DNA from: Vicugna vicugna
Lineage: Eukaryota
NCBI GenBank assembly: GCA_013265495.1
Contig: MU057521.1
Location: 1-64,000 of the forward strand
Reading direction: 5' to 3'
Length of the DNA stretch: 64,000 nucleotides
Part shown: one piece after another, positions 1 to 11,449 of the stretch
Layout: each line of letters begins with the position of its first letter
Numbering within the stretch: position 1 is the first letter of the stretch
The notes under the pieces: generated by a model
The model's input: only the letters and a program-made list of their open reading frames with translations
What the model was told of the DNA's origin: nothing
Database searches by the model: none
Made by a program: the position numbers and the translations under genes

Positions 1-305
1 GAAGGAAGCAAATAATCAGTAGAAGCAAAAAGTTTGTTATTGGTCACACAGAAACCCTATTAGGCTTCTCTTATCAACAGCTCTTTCCCCTAATCTCCAA
101 AGCTCCTTTTCAAAAGAGCCTTCCAGGTTGACAAATCTTCTTGCCGACCAGTCAGGCTCTCTCAGCGGCGGACCTGCTTTCTTACTTTACAGAGACTGTA
201 GAATCCGAACAAAGTGAGCTGCTCAGATTTCCTTCTAGACGTTAGAACTTGACTCTCCCCGCTCATTCTTTTCCTCTTCCTCTTTCTCATGTTACAATTC
301 AAGAG

Positions 306-835
306 TGTATTCGTCATGGGTTTAAAATTTTCTGTATATTATGATGTGTTCACATCCTAAAAAGGCTCTTCTGGCTCGGGGGGGACTGCCTCTCCTGCAG
401 CTAGCCGGTTCTTAGACTGGGCAAGGAACTCAGCTGGAAGCACGCTTGTCATATGCAGGCTGGCCAGTGCAGGGCCGTATGGCCTTTATCTGGCCTGTAC
501 ACCCCAGAAATGGAATACTTTTGCCTTAATCATCCCAGGACGGTACCAAGCAACTAGACACCACTCCTATAGTCCAAAGCCCACCGAAATTATTCCATCT
601 AGCCAATCCTAAACCGTTGCCTTTTTTTTTTTTCAGAAACCCCACTAAAGGCCATGGCCAAAGTGCTACCCATACACCTGTCTCCTGCCTCCTGACCGAA
701 ACCTGGTGTTCTTCCTGTGACCCTGCAGGTTGAGTTGTGCCTCTTGTTCCTAGGAGAATTGCAACATTAATCTTTCCTGTCGATAGCCTTGACCTCTCAG
801 GGTCACCTTGGTAAATTAAAACCCGAGTGCATAAC
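306..835 (+). mobile_element. Solo ERVL LTR, MER74-like
   Basis: Starts TGTATT. Blocks GGGACTGCCTCTCC..GCTAGCC, CATATGCA, GGTACCAAGCAACTAG, GAAATTATTC..CTAGCCAATCCTAAACC and CTGCCTCCTGACCGA follow the recalled MER74 consensus in order. Confidence 0.7.
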
Positions 836-1576
836 GAAGAGGCATCTTTTCTTCGTTTTAAGGGTAATTTCTTCACCTGTTCTCTGGATCCCATATTCCC
901 CTGCCTACTCAGGATATTTTGATTGCTCCCTCTCCTGTATTTTCAATTTTCTCTCCTCTATTACTGGTCCCATCAAATACCAACTTAAACTGATGTCTGC
1001 CATTAAAACAAAATCAGCTACTGCAACAAACTCAGCAACTACGAAGCATCATGACCTTTAACAATATCAGTGACCCTCTGGTTCTCTTTCCTTTCACGTT
1101 GTATTTCCTGAGAAGTTTCCACTGCACGTACCTCCACTGACTCGTTCTCTCTTGAGCAGCTTGTAATCTGGCTCCTGCCTGCCCACTGTGTAGCAGTGAG
1201 GTGCTGCTAAATTCTGTAGCTAATGTCATTCCTTTCTCTCGTGACCCCTCTCCCCAAGTAGGCTCTGTTTCCTCTGGCTGTCTCTTTAGTTTGGCCATCT
1301 TTTTGGTGTTTCTCATCATTTTGCCCAAGCCCCTCTTCTTTTCTCATTGGAATGTCTCCTCGTTGCATGTTCTCCAATCCCACAGCTTTAATGAGCACCT
1401 TAATGTTGACGCTATGCAGATAATACGATGATATGCTAATGGTACTGTTGGATAATGAATGCAGATGCTGTGCTGATGATACAGTGGTGGTGGGCGGATA
1501 ATGCTGATGCCCTCCCGGACAGCAGACTTCTGTATCAGTCTCCTGATGTCCACAGCTGAAATCATCCCTGCCAAAG

Positions 1577-2019
1577 TGTGATGGGTAATTTGTCAACTAC
1601 AACTTGACTGCAGAGAGCTGGTAAAACATGATTTCTGGGTATGTTTGTGAGGGTGTTCCTGAGGAAACTAGCACTTAATTCACTAGTGAATGAAGAAGAT
1701 CTGCCCTCACCAGTCTGGGCTGGTATCCAATCTGTTGGGGGTCCAAATGGAAAACAGGCATCAGAAGAGCAAATTCTCTTTCTCTTCTGGAGCTGGGATG
1801 TCCATCTCCTGCCGTTGGACATTGGAACTCCTGGTTCTCAGGCCTTTGGACTTGGATTGAGTTGTACCACCAGCTTTCTTGGTTCTCCAGCTTGTAGACA
1901 GCAGCTCGTGGGGCTTCTTGGCCTCTGTGAGTCAATTCCTATAATAAGTCCTCTCATCTCTCTCTCTCTCTCTGTGTATCTTATTGGTTCTGTTTCTCTG
2001 GAGAACCCTGAATAATTCA
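1577..2019 (+). mobile_element. MLT2 (ERVL) solo LTR
   Basis: TGTGATGG start, TTTCTGGGTATGTTTGTGAGGGTGTT, CTGGTTCTCAGGCCTTTGGACT and the end TATTGGTTCTGTTTCTCTGGAGAACCCTGAATAATTCA. Confidence 0.85.
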
Positions 2020-2647
2020 TTTTCTTGTGTTTCTTATCTCTGAGGAAACCAGTATCCATCCAGTCTCCTCCACTAGAAAACAAATTAGCATACTTGATTT
2101 TTTCCTCTCTCTTACCATCTCACATAATAAATCAAAGTCTTATTAATTACTACCACCTCACTATTTCTTGTACCCGTTCATTTCTGTCCTTCTGTCCTGA
2201 CTGTCTAGTTGTCTTCACCATAATCTCTTACCCAGAAGACATCAGTTGCTTATCTGGATGCCCTGCCTCTAGCATTGTCCTCCTGCAAGTGTGTCTCTCT
2301 GCTGCTGGCAGAATGCTCATTCCCCTGCTTAAATCCTCCTGTGGTTTCTCATTGTCCTTACGATAAATTCTGATCTTAAATTGGCTTATGAGGTGCTTTG
2401 AGGTCTGACTCCTGCTTGTCTCTCATCTCCTCCCTCTTTCCCTGTGCAGAACACCCCCCTCTCTGCACACTTCTCTTTTCCTGCAACTTTGGATCTTGGC
2501 CTTCTTGTTCTCCGTTCTCCTATATTCTGCAAAATGATTGGTTAACCTCTATCCATATTTAGGTCTTAGCTTTAATGCTGCTTCTTCTGACAGGCTTTCC
2601 CTGATTGCTCCTCTCCTACATTGTTCAATGTTTCTGCTGTTCACTGG

Positions 2648-3071
2648 GCTGCAGGTTTGGTTTTCTAGAAGCGGATGTTGAGATGTAGGCTGGGGTGTGA
2701 GTTCTTTATTAGGAATCAACTGTAGTGAAAGGAAAGAGGAGGGAGCAGGATTAAGCCAAGGAAAGAATCAAACTACAACATAGGCTTGACAAAGCTTCAG
2801 CCAGTCTGGCAGGATGCTCTGGAATGAGTACTGCCTGTTAGCATTGTCCACTTTGGGCTGGAATGGCCCAACCTTGTTCCCTCGCTGGCTGCAGGCTGCC
2901 ACAGGATGAAGGTGACCTTGGGTGAGGCTGCACTTGGCAGCTGAGGGAGAGCCTGAGGTTGCAGACTGCTGGAGTGAGGACAGCTGACTCCTGACCACCC
3001 TCCCGACACAGCTGGTCAGCACGTTCCTTACTTAAAGAGAATCTTAGCAGCATAAGTGCATGGTTACCACA
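2648..3071 (-). mobile_element. LTR16-family (ERVL) solo LTR
   Basis: Reverse complement starts TGTGGTAACCATG, contains CTCAGCTGC..CCTCACCCAAGGTCAC and AATAAA, and ends CATCCGCTTCTAGAAAACCAAACCTG. Confidence 0.7.
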
Positions 3072-3619
3072 CCCTTTATTTGCACTATATCACTGCACTA
3101 CCGAGCCCCATCTTATTTGCCTTTTAATTGTCACTCATCTATTTCTGTAAACTTTAAGAGCAAACACAAAATTTTTGTCTTGTTCACCATTGTGTCCTCA
3201 GTGTAGAAGATGGGTTTGACATAATGGAGCATCCAGTGAGTATTTATAAATAAATGAATCAGAGGATCCGTTTTCTTAATATTTTTCCTCCTGATGATTG
3301 CTGTCTTGGTTTGGAGTCATCCAGATACTGTAGTTATGTAAAAAATGGAAAATATTGGGCAACATCCCCATTCATTCCTGGGGATTGTGTTCAGATGTCT
3401 AGCAATAGACAATTTCTATGAAACTGAGCACTGTTGAGAGTAATAAGGATCTACAGGCGAGGAAAATTTATTCCAGACATAAAATACTCCTGGCAGCTTT
3501 CTATGTTTCCTTCTGAAGATGTACATGTTTTTCTCCATCACTGCAGTTTCATCAGGTAGGAAAGCCTTTTGTGTACCAGTACGAACTGAAACCTTTATTT
3601 TTATTATCACTCATTATCC

Positions 3620-3666
3620 TGACATGGAGAGACCATACTTGCAGAAGATTTATCTTCCCAACTGTG
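3620..3666 (+). repeat. Left arm of a 47-bp inverted repeat (partner 5538..5584)
   Basis: TGACATGGAGAGACCATACTTGCAGAAGATTTATCTTCCCAACTGTG matches the reverse complement of 5538..5584 at 46/47 positions. Confidence 0.95.
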
Positions 3667-3724
3667 TAGTAACACGTACAGAGAAGAGGAAACATCATGA
3701 AACAGATTGCAGAATGGCAGCCTA

Positions 3725-3873
3725 GGGGCATGTGCAGAAGTGTTTTGTTTGTCCTGCACAGGTTTAAAAATGTTACAAATGTTGTTGCCAATATTTAAAA
3801 ATTATGCAAAACTTTACATAATTCAGATTTCCAGCTCCTTTTGAAAAAAATTATAACATCTGGCAACCTTGGG
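3725..3873. mobile_element. hAT-Charlie MITE fragment, MER103-like
   Basis: TTGCCAATATTTAAAAAT...TTTACATAATTCAGATTTCCAGCTCCTTTTGAAAAA..CATCTGGCAACCTTGGG resembles the recalled MER103C consensus. Confidence 0.5.
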
Positions 3874-4137
3874 TGCACATTTCCACGTGCTCAGTAATTA
3901 GTTGAGGTTGAGATTATATATCCATGGCCTCTTTAAATAGAGCATAATATCACCATTTTGCCAAGGTTCCCACCAGTGTATGTTGTTTATCAATCTGACT
4001 TTGTCCCTTGAGTTACTTGCAGATCCCTGTAGGTACTTGGCTTTGGATGGCTGCTGATAATAGCAGTTCTCAGAGAAGAGTTTCTCGGGAATGGGCTTCA
4101 ACAGAGGCAGCACCAGGAGGTAGGAGTCAGTGACAGT

Positions 4138-4196
4138 CCTGTTGAGTTGACTCTTCAACCCTGTTGAGTTGACTGTTCAACCCTATTGAGTTGACT
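4138..4196. repeat. 22-bp-period minisatellite, about 2.7 copies
   Basis: (C)CCTGTTGAGTTGACTCTTCAA / CCCTGTTGAGTTGACTGTTCAA / CCCTATTGAGTTGACT. Confidence 0.9.
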
Positions 4197-4780
4197 AGGG
4201 ACCTGGAAACTACTAGGAAAGGAAGGTTTGCTTTTAAAAGCAATGAGCAGTTTATTCGGAACCAGTTTCATTTTGAACAGTTACCCTACTGACGTTTACT
4301 AATAACTGAGAGGAATGTTGGCTTTTTCAAGAGGGACTCTGTGTTCATTTTACTTGCATCTGACTGTGATGATGAGCCTAGTGGTAAGTGGTTAGGCACT
4401 ATTTGAGATCCCGATGGGATTCTTATTTCTGCCTTGTTAGGCATTGAAGCATAAAGCCTATAGAGACTTTCAACTCAGTTTAAGAACTTTTTGGTCCACT
4501 TGAAACTAAAGCCTTGGGCAGTTCAGTACCTTCTGATAACCAAGTGATTGATGGCGCTTAACATGTACCATAGCTTCAGGGTTTCTTTTAATCCACTTTT
4601 ATGGAAACTTTGTGAATAACAGTGCCTAGTTCTCAGAACTGAAACACACAGTCCTTGTTAGATTTTGCCAGTTATCAGTCATATCTTTTCCCTTCCTAAA
4701 TCAGTGAAAGGAATTTCACTATGCCTAGGAATCTACTTAGTTTTGAAGCAAACTTATATCTAGAACTAAATTCAGGTTTT

Positions 4781-5215
4781 AAAAAAAAAAGACACAAACG
4801 AACTTACCTACAAAACAGAAACAGACTCACAGGCATAGGGCACAAACTTATGGTTACCAGGTGTTAAAGAGGGTGGGAAGGGATACATTGGGAATTTGAA
4901 AATTGCACCTCTTGGGGAGTGATGGAAATGTTAGCTATCTTGATTGTGGTAATGGTCTCATTGGTGTATACATCTATCAAAATTCATCAAAGTGTACATC
5001 TGAAGTATGTGTCGTTTACTGTACAGGAACCATGACACAGTAAAGGTGTTAAAAATATTGTATTTAATGGCGAAAGACTCAATGCTTTGGCCCTAAGATC
5101 AGGTCGAGTACAGGATGTCTACTCTTATGACTTCTGTTTACCACTGTCCTGGAGGTTCTAGCCAGTGGAATAAGACAAGAAAGAGAAATAAAGTCCTATA
5201 GATTAAAAAAAAAAA
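4781..5215 (+). mobile_element. Composite L1-derived retroelement with poly(A) tail
   Basis: L1 3'UTR piece (about 4791-4907), old L1M-type 3' end (about 4908-5055) and L1 ORF2 RT piece (about 5056-5204). AATAAA at 5187-5192, A-tail at 5205-5215, imperfect flanking direct repeat. Confidence 0.75.
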
Positions 5216-5537
5216 CTCAGGATTCAAAAAATATCTTGGTAACGTTTTAGGGCATTTATCTAAGTCTGTATGGTATGTACTTGGCCCGTGAACAAAAGAC
5301 CAGTGACAAAGCTGGATGTTCTGAAAATGAACAAACTTTTTTCTATCATTAACAAATAAAAATATTAATAATAGGGTGTGATTTATGCAGTATCTTAATT
5401 ATTCATATATGAAATATCTATAACAAATGTTAAATCGGTGATTTACATCTTTTCCCAAGAGAGGTTTTTTTTTTAATGCTTTTCTTTACATCAGATTGTG
5501 TGTATGGGGGCACGCAAACCAATTTAAAACCTGAAAT

Positions 5538-5584
5538 CACAGTTGGGAAGATAAATCTTCTGCAAGTATGGTCTGTCCATGTCA
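5538..5584 (-). repeat. Right arm of the 47-bp inverted repeat (partner 3620..3666)
   Basis: CACAGTTGGGAAGATAAATCTTCTGCAAGTATGGTCTGTCCATGTCA. Confidence 0.95.
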
Positions 5585-5640
5585 AAATGAAGTAGAAACC
5601 CATTTCCGTTTTGAAAATCTTCTAAGTTATCTATATCACT

Positions 5641-5917
5641 GTATCTTTTTGAATTAGAGTTCCCTCTGAATAATATACCCAGGAGTGGGATTGCTGGATG
5701 ATATAGTAAGTCTATTTTTAGTTTTTTGAGGAGTCCCCAAACTGTTTTCCATAATGGCTGCACCAAACTACATTCCCACCAACAGTGTAGGAGGGTTTCC
5801 TTTTGTCCACAGCCTCTCCAGCATTTATCGTTCATGGACTTCTTATTGATGGCCATTCTGACTGATAAGAGTGATACCTCACTGTAGTTTTAATTGGCCT
5901 TTCTCTGATAACTAGTG
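5641..5917 (-). mobile_element. L1 ORF2 C-terminal fragment (cysteine-rich/zinc-knuckle region), truncated at both ends
   Basis: Translation [51 protein letters not shown] is the L1 ORF2p C-terminus. Confidence 0.92.
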
Positions 5918-8272
5918 TGCTTTATCTTGGTTTTGAGTGCCTCCTAAGTAGGCAGTTCAGACACTCTTTTATGGAAACTCATAACAACTTGCGTGGTTAA
6001 TACTAGACTGGAAATCAAGCATCTCCACATGAACAGAGTGAGGAGGAATTCTGAGATAACTGTGAATTGAAGTAAAAGCACAGGGCCATGGAACAGAAGA
6101 AGAGAATTGTAGCAATGTCTACGCCGAACAATTTTATCCACTCTAGAATTTCTTTTAGATATTTCCTATTAAAGAAATTTAAGATGCTCTTGGAAGAATT
6201 ACACTATCTCATTTCTCTTCAGCAAGTGACAGGATAAAATAATCGGTATCTTCCAGTGCTGTTTACTCCTAGTTTTCCTGTGTTGCTTATTCACGATCAC
6301 CCTGAAGATTTCATAATCTGGTGGCTCTTCAGAAAAGCCTCTGATGTTTAAACATCTGTCCATAAAGATACTCCTCACACAAGAAGAGTCCGTGAAGACA
6401 AAGGAATTGATGTGACATTTTCAATGCGAAATGTTCTAAATCATTTTGGGTTTCCTTATGTGCCACGTTAACAAAACAAGTTGGAATCAATTATTTGTTT
6501 TAAAAAAAAGTTGTCGTGTATGTGGCCATGTCACAGCTACCTTTACAGTTCTGAGCTTTTACACAAGCCCGAAGTGTAGTAACTTTCAATACAACTTGAC
6601 CTTTACGAAGAATGAAAATTTTATTATACTTTGGATTTAATTCTTTCCTTTATATTACAAAGCAAGTGGCTTGTTTTATCATGAAAATGAAAATTGAGAG
6701 AAGTGTTAGTTTGGCTAATTCTGGTTTTCTTTCCTCTGTGAGGAAATACACGTCCAGTAGAAATAATTATGTGTATTTGTGTGTGCTTTGAGATGAACAG
6801 CTCCACTGTTTTCACCCGACCCTCAAAGTGATCTTTAACACTGCTCGTGACACATTTTGTTTCTTCCATTTTCCGTCTTTGGGGATGACTTTCAAAAGTC
6901 ATTGAAATTTGACTCAGTCAGTTCAGCTCTGTTTTACTTGAAAACAGATTCATTGATTTCCTCAGATAAGTAAGTGGGAAAGTTTTGCCAAGAGGTATTT
7001 TGTTTTTCTGTAAACTATGCCATTAATTATGTTCTTAATTTTGAGAAACAATTGTAACATGGTCTTTAGGGAAATATTAATTATGTCTCTATTTTTGGAA
7101 GTGAGGATGAACCCCATCTACTTCCGTTAGAGACGCTGTAATAATGTACCCCTCCTACCCTTAGATGCCTGAGCAGTATATTTCATAGCTCATTATCCTT
7201 CCTTCTGCAAATAATCCTCAGAAACCTCACATAGTAAAATATTGGAAGGAATATATTTTAAAAGGTGAATAAATTAAAGTATTATAAAACATCATATTTA
7301 ATGCATAAAATTAATACAATAAAATATAAGTTCTAGAACAACTAATTGGCAGCAATATTTTAATGATGCATTATTTAAAGTGAATATCCATCATGATAGT
7401 TTATATTAACAATATAGTTTATGTTAAATTAAATTAGAGTGACATAAAACACATTTGCGTATTTTCTTTATTTACAGAAAGTAGTTGGAGAAGATGCCCT
7501 GTGAGTCTTTTTGTTGCTCCACAAGGGAACTCAGCAGTTTAATAGTAAGTGGGGCTATTTTTCCTTAGAAAACGACTCACTTGTAAATTGGATGCTGTCA
7601 AATAGTTCATTAGTGGGCTGTCTGGCATATGGAATGCACATTTTTTTTTTGAAATCTAGGTTGCTAGGCATCAACTGATTTTAATCCAAAATTTGGATGA
7701 AATATTACACTCTCACAATTAAAATAATAGATTTACATATGAAAGTTGACATGCACATTGACATTCACAGATCACTGTTTATTTTTATTGAAAGAAATAT
7801 TATAAATAATATTTCAAATAACATTTTTATTCTATATTTGCCCTCAGAAACTCCTGGACATCACTTGTCAGCACTCCTGGCCACTCCAGCCCTACCTTTG
7901 GTCTTCAGTCCTTCTGTAGTCCTTCTACATGTCTCAAATTTCAGACTTTTATCAAAATCGATGTCAAGATGGTTCTTCAGCAGATTGCAAAGCACTTCAC
8001 TCTTTCTTTTACATCCCGAGGAGTAATTTGTTTGTTCATGAAGACTTGAACTAATTTCAAGTATCTAGTTTCTACCTTATCAAAGTTCAGTATCTTTTTG
8101 TTTAAATATGAAAGTATACATACTTCTTTTTAGAAACACATCAGAAAATTAAAAATCACCAATGGTCACACAATCCAGAGGTGATCATTTCTAATCTTGT
8201 TTTGGGCTTTTTGTTTACAATCCTTTTTTAAGGGTACCTATATAATTTATTTTTAGAGAAAAAAATGTGATT

Positions 8273-8831
8273 CTGTTATGCTGTTGAATCCAAGACACCA
8301 TCAAATATTAGACACACAATTTTTCATGTACTTCTAAGAAAGAAAAGCACTACCATTAAACCATTTTACAGTGCTTTTAAAAATCACTTAAGCATTTCAT
8401 TTTATACCTTTATTGAAAGAGCTTATTAGTTAGACACAATTTAAAGTCATAATTTTATGATAATATTTTTTTACATGTACAATCAGGAAAACATAAGAGA
8501 AATAAATTTGGTAAAATATTTTGAAAACTTCTCCAAATGCCTAGTCCCAAATTTTAAATAGCTTTTGACTTTTTTATAGAATACATTCTCTGTGCAATTA
8601 AGAATATTGGTGATGAAACATTTCTCCAAATCTGACATTTGTTTTGCAACTTCTGATGGGCATGCACAAACAGTAACAACTATGTCATTACATTATACAC
8701 ACACACACACACACACACACCCCTACATACATATAGGGCAAGCCCTGACTGGTGGTGATTAGAAACAGTTTCTGAATTTCAGTGATACTAAATTATGAAA
8801 GGATGTGTATCTGAGAGGTGAATAAGTATGG
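8273..8831. mobile_element. TcMar-Tc2 (Kanga/MER104-like) DNA transposon fossil
   Basis: Ends resemble decayed Kanga/MER104 termini (GAATCCAAGACACCATC..TAGACAC; ATTTCAGTGATACTAAATTATGAAAGGATGTGTATCTGAGA..AAGTATGG). Confidence 0.5.
8697..8720. repeat. (AC)12 microsatellite
   Basis: Direct read of the sequence. Confidence 0.95.
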
Positions 8832-10074
8832 TAACGTACTGTAAATATTTTATTAAATACACATCATTAAAATATTGAAAAAATAATCATTCATAATATA
8901 TTCCATGGTGTGTATGTATATTTATGTAACCCACACTCTATTATTAAACACTTGGGCTCTTTTCGGTCTTCCCTTCTAAAAATGATGCAGTGATGAGAAT
9001 ATGTCTATGTGCATGCTTTCAAATTGCTTCTAGAAAAGTTGTTCCAATTTACCTTTCTGTTAGGAACAATATGCATTGTCTATTAGTGACAGTAAATGTC
9101 CTCTAATGAATGTCTTACTACTTTATATTTCTTTTAAGAGTATCCCTTTCTGCTGATAGTTGGTGCCATCCTTTCTCATTTGAAAAATTGGTTTCCTTAC
9201 AAAAAATACACAGGCTAACCAATCAGTTTGTAATAATGATGTTTAATAGAACTATTCAGTTGTTCCTCTTCACACTCAAGGGTCTGAACCTCCCCTTCCT
9301 TCCTTTTTTTTTTCTTTTTCTTTTCTATTATTTCCATTGTTTTTACTTCTGGCTTTCCTGTACATCTCTTTCATCCCATGGAATCATATTTTTACATATT
9401 TCTAAGATTTATAGATTTTTAAGAATCAAGCATTGTTACAAGATAATTTTTTCTAATAAATATTTTAGAAAAGTGGTGAATATCTTGTAAGCAAAGTTCA
9501 TTTTTATTAACATTATTCTACTTAAGACATGGCAAATAATCTATTGATAGTCCTAAATTAAGTAAGAAGGTTGATGTTGTCTAGGGCTGTCCAGTTGCCA
9601 GCATAGTACTTCAGTTTTAGATACTTAAAGGAAAATTCAGTCTAATTAAGTCAATATGAAATTAAAGTGAGTAATGAAGTAATGCTAACAATTTGAGATT
9701 TTTCAAAAAGGATATACCAAAATTTTAAATAGCTGCAAAATAAGATAAGGTTATCTGTACAAGTTGTGTCTCTGTATTAATTGCAAATGACAGAAAAAAA
9801 GATGTATTTTGTTGTACTACACACACACACACACACCCCCCCCCCAATACTGGGCTTTGTTTTTAGAATTCTCTCATCCTATTAACATGTGGATTAGGGA
9901 AGATGATAACATGACAAGCTGGGAGTATCAGAGACATTTAAAATGGCAAAATGAACCCATAATGGCATATATGTGGCATACAATATATTATCATCTGAAA
10001 TAAGTTAATGTGTAAACTTTTTTTCTCTATTTCTAGTAAAGAATATGATAGGATATGAGGCACTGTAACCATAT

Positions 10075-10290
10075 TACTAAGAGTAAGAGCTCTGGAGGTG
10101 GATTTGGACTCAGATACAGGGTCAGATCCTCAATGAACATGCCATTTGATCTGTTGAAGCCTCATATTTTTCATGTATGCAGAGAAGATACTGCCAGCAT
10201 CCCTCGGTAACTGCGAAGCTTGAATCCAGTGATTCCTACATGACATTCATTTCAGGGGCTGATACATAAGAAGTATTCAACCATTATTTC
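10075..10290 (+). mobile_element. MIR SINE, degenerate
   Basis: AAGAGTAAGAGCTCTGGAG head, AAGCCTCATATTTTTCATGTATGCAG core and GGCTGATACATAAGAAGTATTCAA tail. Confidence 0.55.
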
Positions 10291-11449
10291 TTATTATCCT
10301 CACGGTTATATCATGTTAATAATGGAGGAAGTGATACGGTGGAATGGGTATCCCTTCTTGTTTTCTGAGAAAGGAAGCTTCTATTATGTGTGGTGCTGAC
10401 ATATTCATAAGAACTCTGTAAACCATGGATGGTCCTACAAACGTGTAGGTTAGAAATTCACAGAATCCCGTTTTCCCTTTAGTTAGACATTCTGTCCCTA
10501 TTCCAGGCTTGCTTGCTTGGGGGAAACACTCATCTGATAACAAATGAAGTTGATCAAATAGCTTATTCCCTGGATAAAAGACACACACATGAGAACCTGG
10601 CTAGGAAATATAACCTTAAATTGCTCGCTTCAAAACTATTATTAAAAATAGTTGAAAGGAGATAATAGGTAAGGAGTATTGGATGAAGGAAATGCAATTC
10701 ATTCATTCTTGTAGATTTAGTAGATTTCCTGGGTCTGCAGTTGTTAAAAACTTGCGCTGATAGGCAGTGAAGATCCTCCATGGGCAGAGAATTATTTTTT
10801 TTCCCATCACTTGCAGCTCTTCTGCCATTAAATCCAAATTTATTGCCTCAGAAAAGGAACAGCACAAACTGTCTAGAACATGGAAATAATTGCTCAGTGT
10901 TGAGCGTAAAGGCAGATTTTTAAAACTCTACAGTGGGACAGTGACCTTGACAGCTGGATTTCATGAGGGGGAAAAAAACTTTCTCAGAATCCTCTCAATT
11001 GGTTTTCATATATCAACTCAAAGCATAAAGGATTATGCAGAGAGAAAACCATTGAGGAGAAGATGAGGCTATCATACAGGGCAAGTTTTTGCTACATGAG
11101 AAAAGAAAGCTTTCCTGGAAGGAATAGCCTGGAAGGTAAATTGAACAAGGAAGGGGTAATAAATCACCTAAGGGTATCCTAACTCCTTCCCAAGAATCAA
11201 AATTTCTAGGGGAGAAGGGAAAAAGAAATATCCAGATAGGTTAGGGGAAATATAAGGGATTGCTGTTGGTGAACCATTTCTCTAGGTCCCATGTTTCCTG
11301 TGGCTCCATGCTCAACCTGGTATCTGATGTGGCCTGGAAGTGGCAGAATTGCTGGGAGCAGCACCTGGAATGGTGGACATGAGCACCATGTGGGCTCCCA
11401 CTCACCCAGCCTGGTTCAGAGCATGAATCTGAGTCTCTGGGCTGTGTGG

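Larger units (their letters stand above)
870..3260 (+). mobile_element. Degenerate L2 LINE 3' part, interrupted by two LTRs
   Basis: Pyrimidine-rich L2-like blocks ending in a typical L2 terminus (TTTTGTCTTGTTCACCATTGTGTCCTCAG...TAAATAAATGAAT) near 3175-3260. Confidence 0.6.

Noticed and set aside
4138..4196. CRISPR-like palindromic repeats
   Set aside because: Units are contiguous with no spacers, there are no cas genes, and the context is mammalian.
3519..5856. Shared peptide DM(E/D)RPYLQKIYLPNC in two ORFs, suggesting paralogous genes
   Set aside because: It is only the translation of the 47-bp DNA inverted repeat; the rest of the second ORF is L1 ORF2.
7780..8065. Minus-strand open frame of about 67 codons (…LCNLLKNHLDIDFDKSLKFETCRR…) followed by AATAAA signals, like a terminal exon
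   Set aside because: No start codon, no convincing splice acceptor and no homology I can recognise. It would need TBLASTN or RNA-seq support.
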